This document shows, in pieces, positions 48,483-57,741 of a stretch of 64,000 nucleotides of DNA. The notes beneath the pieces are model-generated. The model was not told where the DNA came from and made no database searches. It saw only the letters and a program-made list of their open reading frames with translations. Origin of the DNA: Abditibacterium sp. (GTDB lineage: Bacteria > Armatimonadota > Abditibacteriia > Abditibacteriales > Abditibacteriaceae); the NCBI GenBank assembly GCA_965246885.1, contig OZ251992.1, positions 1,664,001 through 1,728,000 of the forward strand, given 5' to 3'. Each line of letters begins with the position of its first letter. Position 1 is the stretch's first letter. A program made the position numbers and the translations under genes.

Positions 48483-49427
48483 TTAATACGTCAGGTAGTA
48501 GACCGCCGTTCCGACGGCGACGGTGCCGACGAAGTTGCGGGCGAAGGTGTCGAACTCCTTTTCATCTATCTGGCGCGAGGTGGGCAGGGCGCGCTTTTCG
48601 ACGGGGTTGTTGATCAGGCGCACGCGCTGGTTGACGAAGATGCCGGGGTATGCGGTTTCGGGCGCGACGGAGGCCAAACCCTCGCCCGCCGCGATGTCGA
48701 ACAGGGTGCCGAAAGCGATTGGCTCGCCCAATTCGTTGAGGTATTCAATGCGGGCGCCGCCGCGCGCGCCGGAAAGCGTGCCCAGCGACAAGCGGGCGAC
48801 GTAAGTGCCGCCCATCGAGGGTTTGGACAAGACGACGCCGGGGATGGTCGCGGTATCGCCAAAGTGTCGGACGGCGTCGATAATTGCGCTCGTCAAGGCC
48901 GCGTCGCCGCTTTGTCCGGCAGGGGAAGTGCCCTTGCCGTAGCCAGTCAGGACGCCGATTTTGGTGTCATACAGTTCGGCAGTGGCGGAGTAACCCTCGC
49001 CAACGGGTGAAACGGACAAAGTCATGGCGCGCGTCACCTTAGTCGCTTTGCCGAGTTTGATATAGTCGGTCGAGGTAAACGGCCACGCCCAGTTGGTCTT
49101 GCTCGCGCCCGCTTTGGCGATGGCGGCGGACAGAGCGGGATATTCGCTGGCGGGCATGGGCGCGTAGCCGGGTGTGACGGCCAAAGCGCGCGGTGCGAGG
49201 CCAAGAGCTTTCTTGGCGATGTCGGCGTCGCCGGTAGTGTCCACGACGGCAGCGACGAGAACGGGCGTGCCGGAACGAAGCGGGCCGCCGGGAACGACGG
49301 CGATGGTGCCCTCTTGCGCGACGGGCGGCGAGATGACGGTATCGGCATGGGCGCGCGAGCCGACGGCCAGCAGAACGGGCAGAAGCGGCAGCAAACGTAA
49401 GGCGGAGCGACGGGTGATGTGCAGCAT
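48483..49427 (-). CDS. Secreted hypothetical protein (Tat-like signal)
   Basis: MLHITRRSALRLL...AHA signal; AAGGA upstream. Confidence 0.65.
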   Translation of the reverse strand: MLHITRRSALRLLPLLPVLLAVGSRAHADTVISPPVAQEGTIAVVPGGPLRSGTPVLVAAVVDTTGDADIAKKALGLAPRALAVTPGYAPMPASEYPALSAAIAKAGASKTNWAWPFTSTDYIKLGKATKVTRAMTLSVSPVGEGYSATAELYDTKIGVLTGYGKGTSPAGQSGDAALTSAIIDAVRHFGDTATIPGVVLSKPSMGGTYVARLSLGTLSGARGGARIEYLNELGEPIAFGTLFDIAAGEGLASVAPETAYPGIFVNQRVRLINNPVEKRALPTSRQIDEKEFDTFARNFVGTVAVGTAVYYLTY

Positions 49428-49644
49428 AATTTTCCTTGAAACTGAGGCGACGAATTGGCCTTTGACTTCTCTGTCGAGTTCTACCACAAAACCCGCGCCG
49501 TTTACACACTCGAATGAAGCGGGAACGGCGAAGTTTAGCGGGAGCTTTAAGGTGCAAACTCTGTCAACGCCGTCACTTTGCGAGACTTTGGCCAAAGCGG
49601 AAGCGGGCGCGAAAGCGCTGCCTTGACCCGCAACGTCAATGATT

Positions 49645-50118
49645 ATGACCCAGACCTATTTTCTTCCCGATGAGGCCGCGACGCGCGCACTTGCGGCGAC
49701 GGTGGGCGCACAACTGGGGGCGGGCGACTTGGTGCTGCTTTCCGGCGAGATGGGAGCGGGGAAAACGACCTTCGCGCAAGAGTTGGCGCGCGCTTTGGGA
49801 GTGGCGGAGGAAGTCGCGTCGCCCACGTTCACGCTCATTTTGGAATACACAAGCGGGCGACTACCGCTTTTGCACTGCGACGCTTACCGGCTCGAAGGGT
49901 TGGCGACGCCGGAATTAGAGGATGCGGGCATCTTGGAGTTTCTCGCGCGAACGGATGCGGTGCGGTTGTTGGAGTGGCCAGAGATAATTCAATCGTTCCT
50001 GCCGCCGCCCGCGTGGACGGTGGAACTGCAATTCGACGGCGAGGCTCGCCAATCGCGCGTATGGCGGCGCGAGGAAGCGGAAAAGGTGGGTGAACAAATG
50101 GCCAAAATAGGACGTTAG
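49645..50118 (+). CDS. tsaE: tRNA threonylcarbamoyladenosine biosynthesis ATPase
   Basis: GEMGAGKTTF, V.SPTF, H.DAYRL, EW. Confidence 0.94.
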   Translation: MTQTYFLPDEAATRALAATVGAQLGAGDLVLLSGEMGAGKTTFAQELARALGVAEEVASPTFTLILEYTSGRLPLLHCDAYRLEGLATPELEDAGILEFLARTDAVRLLEWPEIIQSFLPPPAWTVELQFDGEARQSRVWRREEAEKVGEQMAKIGR

Positions 50119-50133
50119 AGGGGGTATCTGAGC

Positions 50134-50604
50134 ATGAAAGAGACCCCCATGACGACGTACTTTTTCCCCGACTGCCGCTTGAACGTGTCCAACTGCGGCG
50201 AAACGACGACTCACTGGAACACCACCCATGTTCTCGCGCGTTGGCCGCGCCCCGCCGAGGATAAGTTGCTCGCGCGTTGTCTGGGTTATGGCGCCGACAC
50301 GCGCCGCTTCCGCCGCGAACACGATGTGTTGCTTCACACCCTCGCGGCGTTGCAGGGACAGGAGAGTAGTCCGTTGCTGCATGCGCTCGCGTTTGGCGAA
50401 GCGGACGCGGGATGGGCCGCCGAAGCCGAGGAGGATTTCGCCGCCCACGTTCATCGCTGGCTCAACCTCGATATTTGGAGCGACGAAATCGAGCGGTTGC
50501 TCCACTTGGGCTGGGAAAAAGCCGAGCTACGCGGTTTTCTGCGCGCCGTTCTCGAAGGGGAGATTACCGTCGTCGAGGCGCCGCTCACGGCGTTGGCGGT
50601 CTAA
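50134..50604 (+). CDS. Hypothetical protein
   Basis: 156-aa ORF directly after tsaE, GC3-rich codons. Confidence 0.55.
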   Translation: MKETPMTTYFFPDCRLNVSNCGETTTHWNTTHVLARWPRPAEDKLLARCLGYGADTRRFRREHDVLLHTLAALQGQESSPLLHALAFGEADAGWAAEAEEDFAAHVHRWLNLDIWSDEIERLLHLGWEKAELRGFLRAVLEGEITVVEAPLTALAV

Positions 50605-50637
50605 GTCACGCTCCGCCCAACGCGCTTAGCATGAGCA

Positions 50638-51405
50638 TCATGCGCGAACTTTGGGTTTGGAGATGCCCAAGTGCTTGGAGTGAAACTGCACGGCGCTTTG
50701 CACGTGTTTGTCCCAGTAGCCCCACTCGTGCGAGCCGGGTGCCTCGATGTAGTCGTGCGGGATATTGAGGGCTTGCAAGTGCGCGTGGAAGTCGCGGTTT
50801 TGGTCGAGGAGGAAGTCGCTGGTGCCGCAGTCTATGCGGAGCGCAGGCAACTTGGCGCGGTTGGTGGCGGCGCGAAAGCGCTCGGCGAGGGCATAACAAT
50901 CGTTAGGCAAGGGGTCGGGGCCGATGACGCGTTTGAATTCCGGTTCCTCTTCGCGCCACCCGCCGTGCGAGAAGCCATACGCGCCGGAGTGTCCGTTGGC
51001 CGAGACGAACAGGTCGGGGAACTTGAGGGCGAGTTTGATGGCGCCGTAGCCGCCCATCGAAAGGCCGCCGATGGCCCGCCCGCCGCGCTCGGCGATGGTG
51101 TTAAACGTGCGGTCTACAAAGGGAAGCAGGTCTTTGATGATGGCCGATTCGTAGGCGAATCCCTCGTGCGCGTCGCAGTAGAAACCGCGTCCGCCATCGG
51201 GCATCACGACGATAAGTGGGAGGGCTTGGACATAGCGCCCGATGCTGGTGCGGCGCTGCCAGATGGAATAATCGTCCGACAAGCCGTGCAGGAGGTAATA
51301 GACCGGAAACGGCCCATCGTGGCCGGGGATTTCGGGAAAGATGACGTTGAAAGCGGTCTGCTTGTCGAGCGAGGGCGAGTAGTGGTTGAGCGTGGCGACG
51401 GCCAT
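50638..51405 (-). CDS. Alpha/beta hydrolase esterase family protein
   Basis: YLLHG, GLSMGG nucleophile elbow, DCG..D, G.H.W.YW. Confidence 0.92.
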   Translation of the reverse strand: MAVATLNHYSPSLDKQTAFNVIFPEIPGHDGPFPVYYLLHGLSDDYSIWQRRTSIGRYVQALPLIVVMPDGGRGFYCDAHEGFAYESAIIKDLLPFVDRTFNTIAERGGRAIGGLSMGGYGAIKLALKFPDLFVSANGHSGAYGFSHGGWREEEPEFKRVIGPDPLPNDCYALAERFRAATNRAKLPALRIDCGTSDFLLDQNRDFHAHLQALNIPHDYIEAPGSHEWGYWDKHVQSAVQFHSKHLGISKPKVRA

Positions 51406-51444
51406 AATCCCAAACAGCTTACCCAAGACGGAAACACGAAACAA

Positions 51445-51474
51445 AACAGCCTCCCCCGTGCGGGGGAGGCTGTT
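51445..51474 (-). terminator. Terminator after prepilin-like gene
   Basis: aacagcctcccccg/cgggggaggctgtt with U-rich tail on minus strand. Confidence 0.75.
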
Positions 51475-51479
51475 CGGCT

Positions 51480-52133
51480 TTAGAGATCGGGAGTGAACAG
51501 TTCCAAGCTGGCGGCGTCGGCAGTGGACTTGTTGAGCCATTTGGCGTGCCCATCGGCGAAGCAGAAGGCATAACCACCAAGGTGTCGCGCCGAGTTAGTC
51601 ATTCGTTGGTCTGCCAGAGTTCCTGCAGGGTACTCTGCGTCGGCAAACAGCACTGTGCCACTGGGGTTCGTGAACTCAGAAAGGGCAGTGCCGTTATTAC
51701 CTACAGTGTCATTAAGGCCGTAAGACCCGGTGAACGCCCCGGAAACAGGAGTGGTGGCTGGATACGACCAAATGTGGTCGAGACCGTCACTCGGAAAGTG
51801 TGGTGCAGGGAGGGGATTGTATACGCTTCCCGTCGCGGAGGGGCACATGAAGATCTGTTGGCTTTTGACGTAGGGTTGGAGGATATAGCCGAAGTGTTTT
51901 CCGACGTCGGGCTTTTGAATGAGCATCCTCTCGTCGTAGTCTTGGGAATACTGCGCCATGCCTAATCCAATCTGTTTGAGGTTGTTTAAGCAGGAAGAAC
52001 GGCGCGCGTTCTCGCGCGCTCTGGCGAAGGCGGGGAATAGGATGGCGGATAGAATGGCGATGATAGCGATAACTACCAATAATTCTATTAACGTAAATCC
52101 TTGCCGCTTCTTGGAAGAAGTAAAAGAAAGCAT
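51480..52133 (-). CDS. Prepilin-type N-terminal cleavage/methylation protein (DUF1559, H-X9-DG C-terminus)
   Basis: [44 protein letters not shown]....FADGHAK. Confidence 0.93.
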   Translation of the reverse strand: MLSFTSSKKRQGFTLIELLVVIAIIAILSAILFPAFARARENARRSSCLNNLKQIGLGMAQYSQDYDERMLIQKPDVGKHFGYILQPYVKSQQIFMCPSATGSVYNPLPAPHFPSDGLDHIWSYPATTPVSGAFTGSYGLNDTVGNNGTALSEFTNPSGTVLFADAEYPAGTLADQRMTNSARHLGGYAFCFADGHAKWLNKSTADAASLELFTPDL

Positions 52134-52247
52134 AAAGATAAAGCAGCCCCGGAAAAACGGACGCGCGAGCGAAACTTCCCTTTTATTATACCCGCCGTAT
52201 GTTAAATCTAAACCGATTTCCGGCGCGGCGGTGGCAAAAAGTGTGTT

Positions 52248-53153
52248 TCACGGCGCTTCCATTGACGTTGTCCCAATTTCGAGGGCGCCGTCCGCAAGGG
52301 CGCGGGCGAGCCACTCCTGATGCGCGCCATGTCCGGCGCGTAGAGCAACGATGTGGCCGTGAAACAGCGCGCCACTCGCGCACAATCCTAACGCTAAATC
52401 GCCCACGCAGTCGAGCGCTTTGTGGCGGGCCAATTCGTTCTCGAAGCGAAACGGCGACGAGGGTGCTCCATCGCTCCCAATGAGAATGGCGTTGTCGAGC
52501 GAACCGCCTTTGATGAGACCCGCCGCGCGAAGCGGCTCCAGCCAACTTTGCAGGGTGAAAGTGCGCGCAGCGGCGAGTTCATCGGCAAGCGAGAGGACGT
52601 TTACCACCCCATCAAAAGTCTGCGCGCGCGCGCCGTCAGCGCCGAAATCCACGCCGACGGAGCAGCGAAAAGTCGCGCTGCCATCGAAAGGGAGCGGCAA
52701 ACCGAACATCTGCGCGCCGCCGCCTTCCCACCACACGGGACGCTGCAAGCGCGCGATGGGCCGGTTTGCCGCAAGCGGGTGGCGTCCGGCGCGGCCTAAC
52801 AGTTCGACCCACCCGCGCGCGGAGCCATCCAAAATGGGCACTTCCGGGCCGTCCAGTTCAACGCGAACGTGCGTCCACCCCCCGGCCCACAGCGCGGCGA
52901 GCAAGTGCTCGATCGTTGAAACGCGGGCACTTCCGTGCGCGATGGTGGTGGCGTGAGTGGTGGCGATTATGGCTCCCACTTCCGCCCGCACAATGGGAGC
53001 ACCGGGCAAATCCACGCGGGCGAAGACTACGCCCAGTTTCTCGCTCGGCAGCAAACGCGCCGTGATACTTTTCCCGCAGTGCAAACCTACGCCCGCGATT
53101 TCGACGGGCGTGGCGAGAGTTTGAAAGGAAGCGGGCACGGTGGAAGCTGTCAC
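52248..53153 (-). CDS. lpxC: UDP-3-O-acyl-N-acetylglucosamine deacetylase
   Basis: G.GLH.G, TIEHLLAAL, EVPILDGSA, ARTF, GGSLDNA, RHKALD..GDL, GH. Confidence 0.93.
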   Translation of the reverse strand: MTASTVPASFQTLATPVEIAGVGLHCGKSITARLLPSEKLGVVFARVDLPGAPIVRAEVGAIIATTHATTIAHGSARVSTIEHLLAALWAGGWTHVRVELDGPEVPILDGSARGWVELLGRAGRHPLAANRPIARLQRPVWWEGGGAQMFGLPLPFDGSATFRCSVGVDFGADGARAQTFDGVVNVLSLADELAAARTFTLQSWLEPLRAAGLIKGGSLDNAILIGSDGAPSSPFRFENELARHKALDCVGDLALGLCASGALFHGHIVALRAGHGAHQEWLARALADGALEIGTTSMEAP

Positions 53154-53156
53154 TCC

Positions 53157-54560
53157 TTAGCCGCGCACGCGCACTAAAAGCGACGCGGTGACGGGCGGTT
53201 TCTGGCCGGAGCGGTCGCGCACGGTGACTTCGATGCGGTAGTTCTGCTCTTCGTTGGGATACGAGAAAGAAGCGACAAGACCGCGCGCATCTATGCGCGG
53301 GCCAAGCGGCACGGCGGCACCGGCACCGGGAAGGGTGCCATTGTTCCCGCCTAATAGGGGATTGGTGCGAGGCATGCGCTGGGTGGGGCCGACGCCCAAC
53401 TGAGCGCGCGGGTTGCGTTGCGGGGCAGTGGGAAAAACACCGGGTGGAAACCCGCCCGGTGCGGGGTTGACCGCGCCGTCCGGCCCAACAGCACCTCCCG
53501 CAACGGGGCCGCCACTCACGGCGGGAGCGGGCAAGTTGCCCACGTTGTCGGCGTCGAAGTTCCACTCGACCTGCGGATCGGCGGCTCCGGCTTCGACATC
53601 GGCGACCAGCACAAGCGGGCGCTCCGGCTTCCACTCCAGTTCGGCCATTTGCGTTCCGGCGGGTTTGTCAGGGGTGCGGATGGAAACGGTTATCCTGCCA
53701 GTTTCGACCACGAGCGCCATTTGCGCCATGTAAAAGGTGTCGGGCGCGTCACTCGTGAGCACGACGCGGCGGATGGGGCCGGACGCTCCGGGCGTCGAGG
53801 TCATGTCTTTGACCGCGAGGGTAAACAGGCGCCAGCCATTGTTTTCTGGTTGGTTGTCGAGCGAGTTTAGGTTGACGCGGATGCGGCCCGACAAAGCGCC
53901 TTGCTCGCGTAAGAATTGCACTTTCAACTCTTTGATGAAAGTGCTTTGCGAAGGCGCGCTTAGCCCCGTCGCGCCGCCACCGGGCAGGCCACCGCCAAAG
54001 CCGGGGCCACCCGGCCCTCCTCCGAAGCCGGGCAAAGCGCCGCCACCGGGCGGGCCGAACTGGGCGGCGCCTTGCCAATGCGGAACCATCTCGAACTGCG
54101 GTTGGAAGCCGGGGGTAGCGGGTGGGTTGCCACCGCCAAAGCCACCACGTCCGCCGCCGGGGAAGCCACCGCGCCCGCCACCGGGGAAGTTGCCCCGTCC
54201 GCCGCCAGTGCCGCCCCCGCTTGAATCACGAAATTTGAGCCGCAAGCGCACGAAGCCGTTGGCCAGATAAGGCGTGGGGTCAACGGGGCGCGTGAGGTCA
54301 AATCGGGCGCCCTCGACAAAGGAGCGCGTACTGATTTGGAGCGATGGGGCGCCTTCGTAGTCCACGCGCCGCGACGGACGCGCCCCACCGTTGCCCCATG
54401 AGCCGGGGCGGGCATCGGGCACGACTCCCTCGGTGCCTCCGCCAAACGAGGAGTTGTAAAGGTAAACCGAGCGCGCCATTTGTGCGTGCGCCATGCCCCC
54501 CAAAGCGACGGACAACGCGCATAAAACGACTGGACACTTCGATAAGAAAGAAAGTTTCAT
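53157..54560 (-). CDS. Secreted Gly/Pro-rich hypothetical protein with split PKD-like C-terminus
   Basis: Signal peptide ending AHA; (GGGRGxFP)n repeats; VEWNFD ... FSYP....Y.IEVTVRD. Confidence 0.65.
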   Translation of the reverse strand: MKLSFLSKCPVVLCALSVALGGMAHAQMARSVYLYNSSFGGGTEGVVPDARPGSWGNGGARPSRRVDYEGAPSLQISTRSFVEGARFDLTRPVDPTPYLANGFVRLRLKFRDSSGGGTGGGRGNFPGGGRGGFPGGGRGGFGGGNPPATPGFQPQFEMVPHWQGAAQFGPPGGGALPGFGGGPGGPGFGGGLPGGGATGLSAPSQSTFIKELKVQFLREQGALSGRIRVNLNSLDNQPENNGWRLFTLAVKDMTSTPGASGPIRRVVLTSDAPDTFYMAQMALVVETGRITVSIRTPDKPAGTQMAELEWKPERPLVLVADVEAGAADPQVEWNFDADNVGNLPAPAVSGGPVAGGAVGPDGAVNPAPGGFPPGVFPTAPQRNPRAQLGVGPTQRMPRTNPLLGGNNGTLPGAGAAVPLGPRIDARGLVASFSYPNEEQNYRIEVTVRDRSGQKPPVTASLLVRVRG

Positions 54561-54571
54561 TGCACAAAACC

Positions 54572-55696
54572 TCAAAGCAGGCGCTCCACCAAGCGCCGAG
54601 CCAGCCCATCGGCCAGCGCAAAACCCGACGCAGTGGGCGCTAAGTGTGCCCCATCCCACGAAAGCAGGTGCGCGCCGCACAAATCGCCCATCGCCGGTTG
54701 CAACAGAGCCGCTTGCTCCGAATTAAGCCGGACGCCTTCGCGCGTGCGCAGGCCAGTCACGACCCGCTCCCCCAGACGTTGATGCGCCGTTAGCCGCTCC
54801 GTTTCGACGCGCGCGGCGCCGGTTTGTGTCACGCGGCGAATGTATGTCTTGGCGTCGCGCTCGTTCCAAAACCGCTCACCGTCAAAGTGTCCGTGCGCGC
54901 CGCACCCCACCGCATAGTAGCTGCCGCCGCGCCAGTAGTTCATGTTATGGCGGCACTCGAACCCCGGCACACACCAACTCGCCACCTCGTAGCGCGCGTA
55001 ACCCGCGCCTTCCAACACCTCGCTCGCGGCATCCATTAAGTCGGCCTGCGCGTCGTCGTCCAGTTCGTGCAAGTTGCCCTGCGCCAAGCGAAGCCCCATC
55101 GCCGTCCCCGGCTCGATGGTCAGCGAATATGCGGATAAGTGGTTGACGCCCAACGCGGCGGCATGTTCAAGCGTTGCGCGCCATTTGCGGGGAGACTGAA
55201 TGGGGGCGCCAAAGATGAGATCGAGCGAGATGTTCTCCCATCCGGCCTCGCGCGCCCAGCCGACGACCGAACTGATGCGTGCGCCGTCGTGTACTCTTCC
55301 CAAAAAGGCGAGCGTATCGTCGTCGAAGCTTTGCGCGCCCAAACTGAGGCGGTTCCAGCCGCGCGCGCGCAGTGCGCGCAACATCTCAAGCGTTAGGTTT
55401 TCGGGGTTGGCTTCAAGCGAGACTTCCGCGCCTTCTGCGAGCGGTGCATATTCGCGGATGGTGCTAAGAAGGGCGTTTAACTGCTCCGCGCTCAGCTCCG
55501 TCGGCGTGCCACCACCGCAAAAAACGGTCGCCAAACGCGCGCCTTGCCCGCCCAACTGCGCGGCCAGTTCCCGTTGCATCGCTTCCAGATACGCCGCGCG
55601 GAACTGCGCTTTGCCGTTGAGGGACACGGCGAAGTCGCAATACGGGCACCGCCGCGCGCAAAAGGGCACGTGCAGGTACAAAGAAGCGGGGGGCAC
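54572..55696 (-). CDS. hemW: Radical SAM heme chaperone HemW
   Basis: YLHVPFC..RC.YCDF, GGGTP, EANP, HNMNYW; TAAACT 7 nt before GTG. Confidence 0.9.
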   Translation of the reverse strand: MPPASLYLHVPFCARRCPYCDFAVSLNGKAQFRAAYLEAMQRELAAQLGGQGARLATVFCGGGTPTELSAEQLNALLSTIREYAPLAEGAEVSLEANPENLTLEMLRALRARGWNRLSLGAQSFDDDTLAFLGRVHDGARISSVVGWAREAGWENISLDLIFGAPIQSPRKWRATLEHAAALGVNHLSAYSLTIEPGTAMGLRLAQGNLHELDDDAQADLMDAASEVLEGAGYARYEVASWCVPGFECRHNMNYWRGGSYYAVGCGAHGHFDGERFWNERDAKTYIRRVTQTGAARVETERLTAHQRLGERVVTGLRTREGVRLNSEQAALLQPAMGDLCGAHLLSWDGAHLAPTASGFALADGLARRLVERLL

Positions 55697-55765
55697 GCGA
55701 GAGAGTTTAAGGCGAGCCGGGAAAAGCGCTACCTTCGGCGCCGCTCTTGCGGACACTACGCGGGA

Positions 55766-57049
55766 ATGAAAGCCGAAATTTTATGCGTCGGGTCGGAGCT
55801 ATTGCTCGGACAAATCACCGACACCAACGCCGTCTATATGGCGCAAGGGCTGGCGCGCGCGGGCGTTGACTTGCACCGCAAAACCACCGTCGGCGACAAC
55901 TTGGAGCGCATCGCGGGCGCCATTAACGCTTCCTTAGAGCGCGCCGACTGCCTCATCGTCACCGGCGGCCTCGGCCCCACCACCGACGATCTGACCCGCG
56001 AAGCCATCGCCAAAGCCTTGGGCGTCGAGTTGGACTACGACGAACGCTTGGCCGCGAACTTGAAAGAAATGTTCGCGCGGCGCAACTGGAGCATCAGCGA
56101 CACCTTCCTGCGCCAAGCGTATTTGCCGCGCGGCACGAAAGAACTCCCCAACCCCGTCGGCACCGCTCCCGGCGTGTGGTTCGACGGCGAATTTAATGGC
56201 CAGCCCAAGCTCATCTTCGCCGTGCCCGGCGTGCCGCGCGAGATGAAAACCATGTTCGACGACACCATCATCCCCGCTCTGTTAGAAAAAAGCGAGGGCG
56301 AACGAATGATCATCGTGTCGCGCGTGTTACGCTCGTTCGGCATCGGCGAATCCGCCTTGGCTGACCCGCTCGAAGACATCCTCACCAGCGCCGAGAACCC
56401 CACCGTCGCGCCGCTCATCTATGGCAATACGGAAGTCCACTTGCGCTTGACCGCCAAGGTGCGCACTGAAGAAGAAGCCACGCACTTGCTCGACCAGATG
56501 GAAGACCGCATCCGCGCGCGCGTCGGGCAATACATCTTCGGGCGCGACGACCAAACCTTGCCTCAAGTCGTCGTTCACGCGCTCACCGGCCACAACGCTA
56601 CCCTTGGCGTCGCCGAATCGCTCACCGGCGGCATGTTAGGTGCCTTCCTCACCGAAGCGACGGGCGCCAGCCGCGTCTTTATGGGCGGCGTCGTCTCCTA
56701 CGCTCCCGGCCTGAAAATCCAAGTGCTGGGCGTGCCCGAAGCGGAGATCGAATCGGACACCGTCGTGTCGGAGGTCGTCGCGCGCGCGATGGCGCTGGGC
56801 GCGCAAAAGCTGATGAACACCAGCTACGCGCTTTCAACAACGGGCGAGGCTGGCCCCGACTCGGCAACGGGCGCGCCCGTTGGCACCGTCTACCTTGGCC
56901 TCGCGCTTCCCAACCAAACCGCCATCGTTGAAAAGCGCGAGTTTCACGGCGACCGCGAAGCCATTCGCCGCCGCGCTTCAATGGCTGCCCTCGACCTTTT
57001 GCGCCGCCACTTGCATGACAACTTGGAGGTCGAGGCGCAAGCGAAATAA
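55766..57049 (+). CDS. cinA: Competence/damage-inducible protein A (CinA with PncC domain)
   Basis: VGSELLLGQI.DTN, GGLGPT.DDLT, PGVP.EM, AESLTGG, TG.AGP. Confidence 0.95.
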   Translation: MKAEILCVGSELLLGQITDTNAVYMAQGLARAGVDLHRKTTVGDNLERIAGAINASLERADCLIVTGGLGPTTDDLTREAIAKALGVELDYDERLAANLKEMFARRNWSISDTFLRQAYLPRGTKELPNPVGTAPGVWFDGEFNGQPKLIFAVPGVPREMKTMFDDTIIPALLEKSEGERMIIVSRVLRSFGIGESALADPLEDILTSAENPTVAPLIYGNTEVHLRLTAKVRTEEEATHLLDQMEDRIRARVGQYIFGRDDQTLPQVVVHALTGHNATLGVAESLTGGMLGAFLTEATGASRVFMGGVVSYAPGLKIQVLGVPEAEIESDTVVSEVVARAMALGAQKLMNTSYALSTTGEAGPDSATGAPVGTVYLGLALPNQTAIVEKREFHGDREAIRRRASMAALDLLRRHLHDNLEVEAQAK

Positions 57050-57140
57050 GGCGTCGGACTTCGGGCTTCCCCGGTTGCCTTGGCGCAGTGTTTCGATTCA
57101 AGGGGCACCGGAGGCAGTGCTCAGCCTTCTGTACTATTCG

Positions 57141-57593
57141 ATGAAGCGATGGATGCGCGCGTGGGTGTTGCTAACGGCGTTAGTCGTTGGAGTTTCTCCG
57201 CGCGTCGTCGTGGCGGCGCTGTGTTGCACGGCGACGCCGCACATGGCCAAAGCACCGTGCGCGTGCTGCCACAAAACTTCCGTTTGCGCCCTCCCGTCTC
57301 CACTTTTGTGGGTGAACGCGCCTTCTCCGTTTGTTCAAGAACAAACGTTTGAAGCGCCGCTCGCGTTGCCCGTTTCGCCAAGGAGTTGGGAGCAACCCGC
57401 GCTGCAATGGCCGCGAATGTGGCCCGATGCGCCGCCTTTGTTGCCGCCGCCTGAGCAAGGGCGCGGGAGCTTTTCTTGCCGCGCGCCACCCGCTTTGGCC
57501 CCGGCCCGAATGGGCTTCGCACCGCAAGAAATCTACACCCAAAGGAGGGAAAATCCATGCAAAAACTCATTGCCACCTGCGTCCTCGGCTTGA
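57141..57593 (+). CDS. Cys-rich signal-peptide ORF with RAPP motif (DUF2946/CruR-like candidate leader)
   Basis: Hydrophobic N-terminus, CC and CACCH, Pro-rich linker, CRAPP (RAPP at 57480-57491). Confidence 0.6.
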   Translation: MKRWMRAWVLLTALVVGVSPRVVVAALCCTATPHMAKAPCACCHKTSVCALPSPLLWVNAPSPFVQEQTFEAPLALPVSPRSWEQPALQWPRMWPDAPPLLPPPEQGRGSFSCRAPPALAPARMGFAPQEIYTQRRENPCKNSLPPASSA

Positions 57594-57700
57594 CGCTCGC
57601 CGGAAGCCTCGCGGCTGCCGTCGCGCAAAGCGGCTCATGCTGCAAACCCGGCGCTCCGTGCTGCGCTCCCGGCGCGCCCTGTTGCCCCAAGGCCAAATAA
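57557..57700 (+). CDS. 47-aa secreted Cys-rich peptide (three CC pairs)
   Basis: AAGGAGG SD; MQKLIATCVLGLTLAGSLAAAVA-QSGSCCKPGAPCCAPGAPCCPKAK; terminator follows. Confidence 0.75.
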   Translation: MQKLIATCVLGLTLAGSLAAAVAQSGSCCKPGAPCCAPGAPCCPKAK

Positions 57701-57705
57701 CTCCG

Positions 57706-57741
57706 ACGCCCCGCTTTCAACTGAAAGCGGGGCGTTGTTTT
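57706..57741. terminator. Intrinsic terminator
   Basis: acgccccgctttca/tgaaagcggggcgt followed by tgtttt. Confidence 0.8.

Noticed and set aside
49430..49630. Riboswitch in the divergent region before tsaE
   Set aside because: Weak pairing only; no recognisable aptamer consensus.
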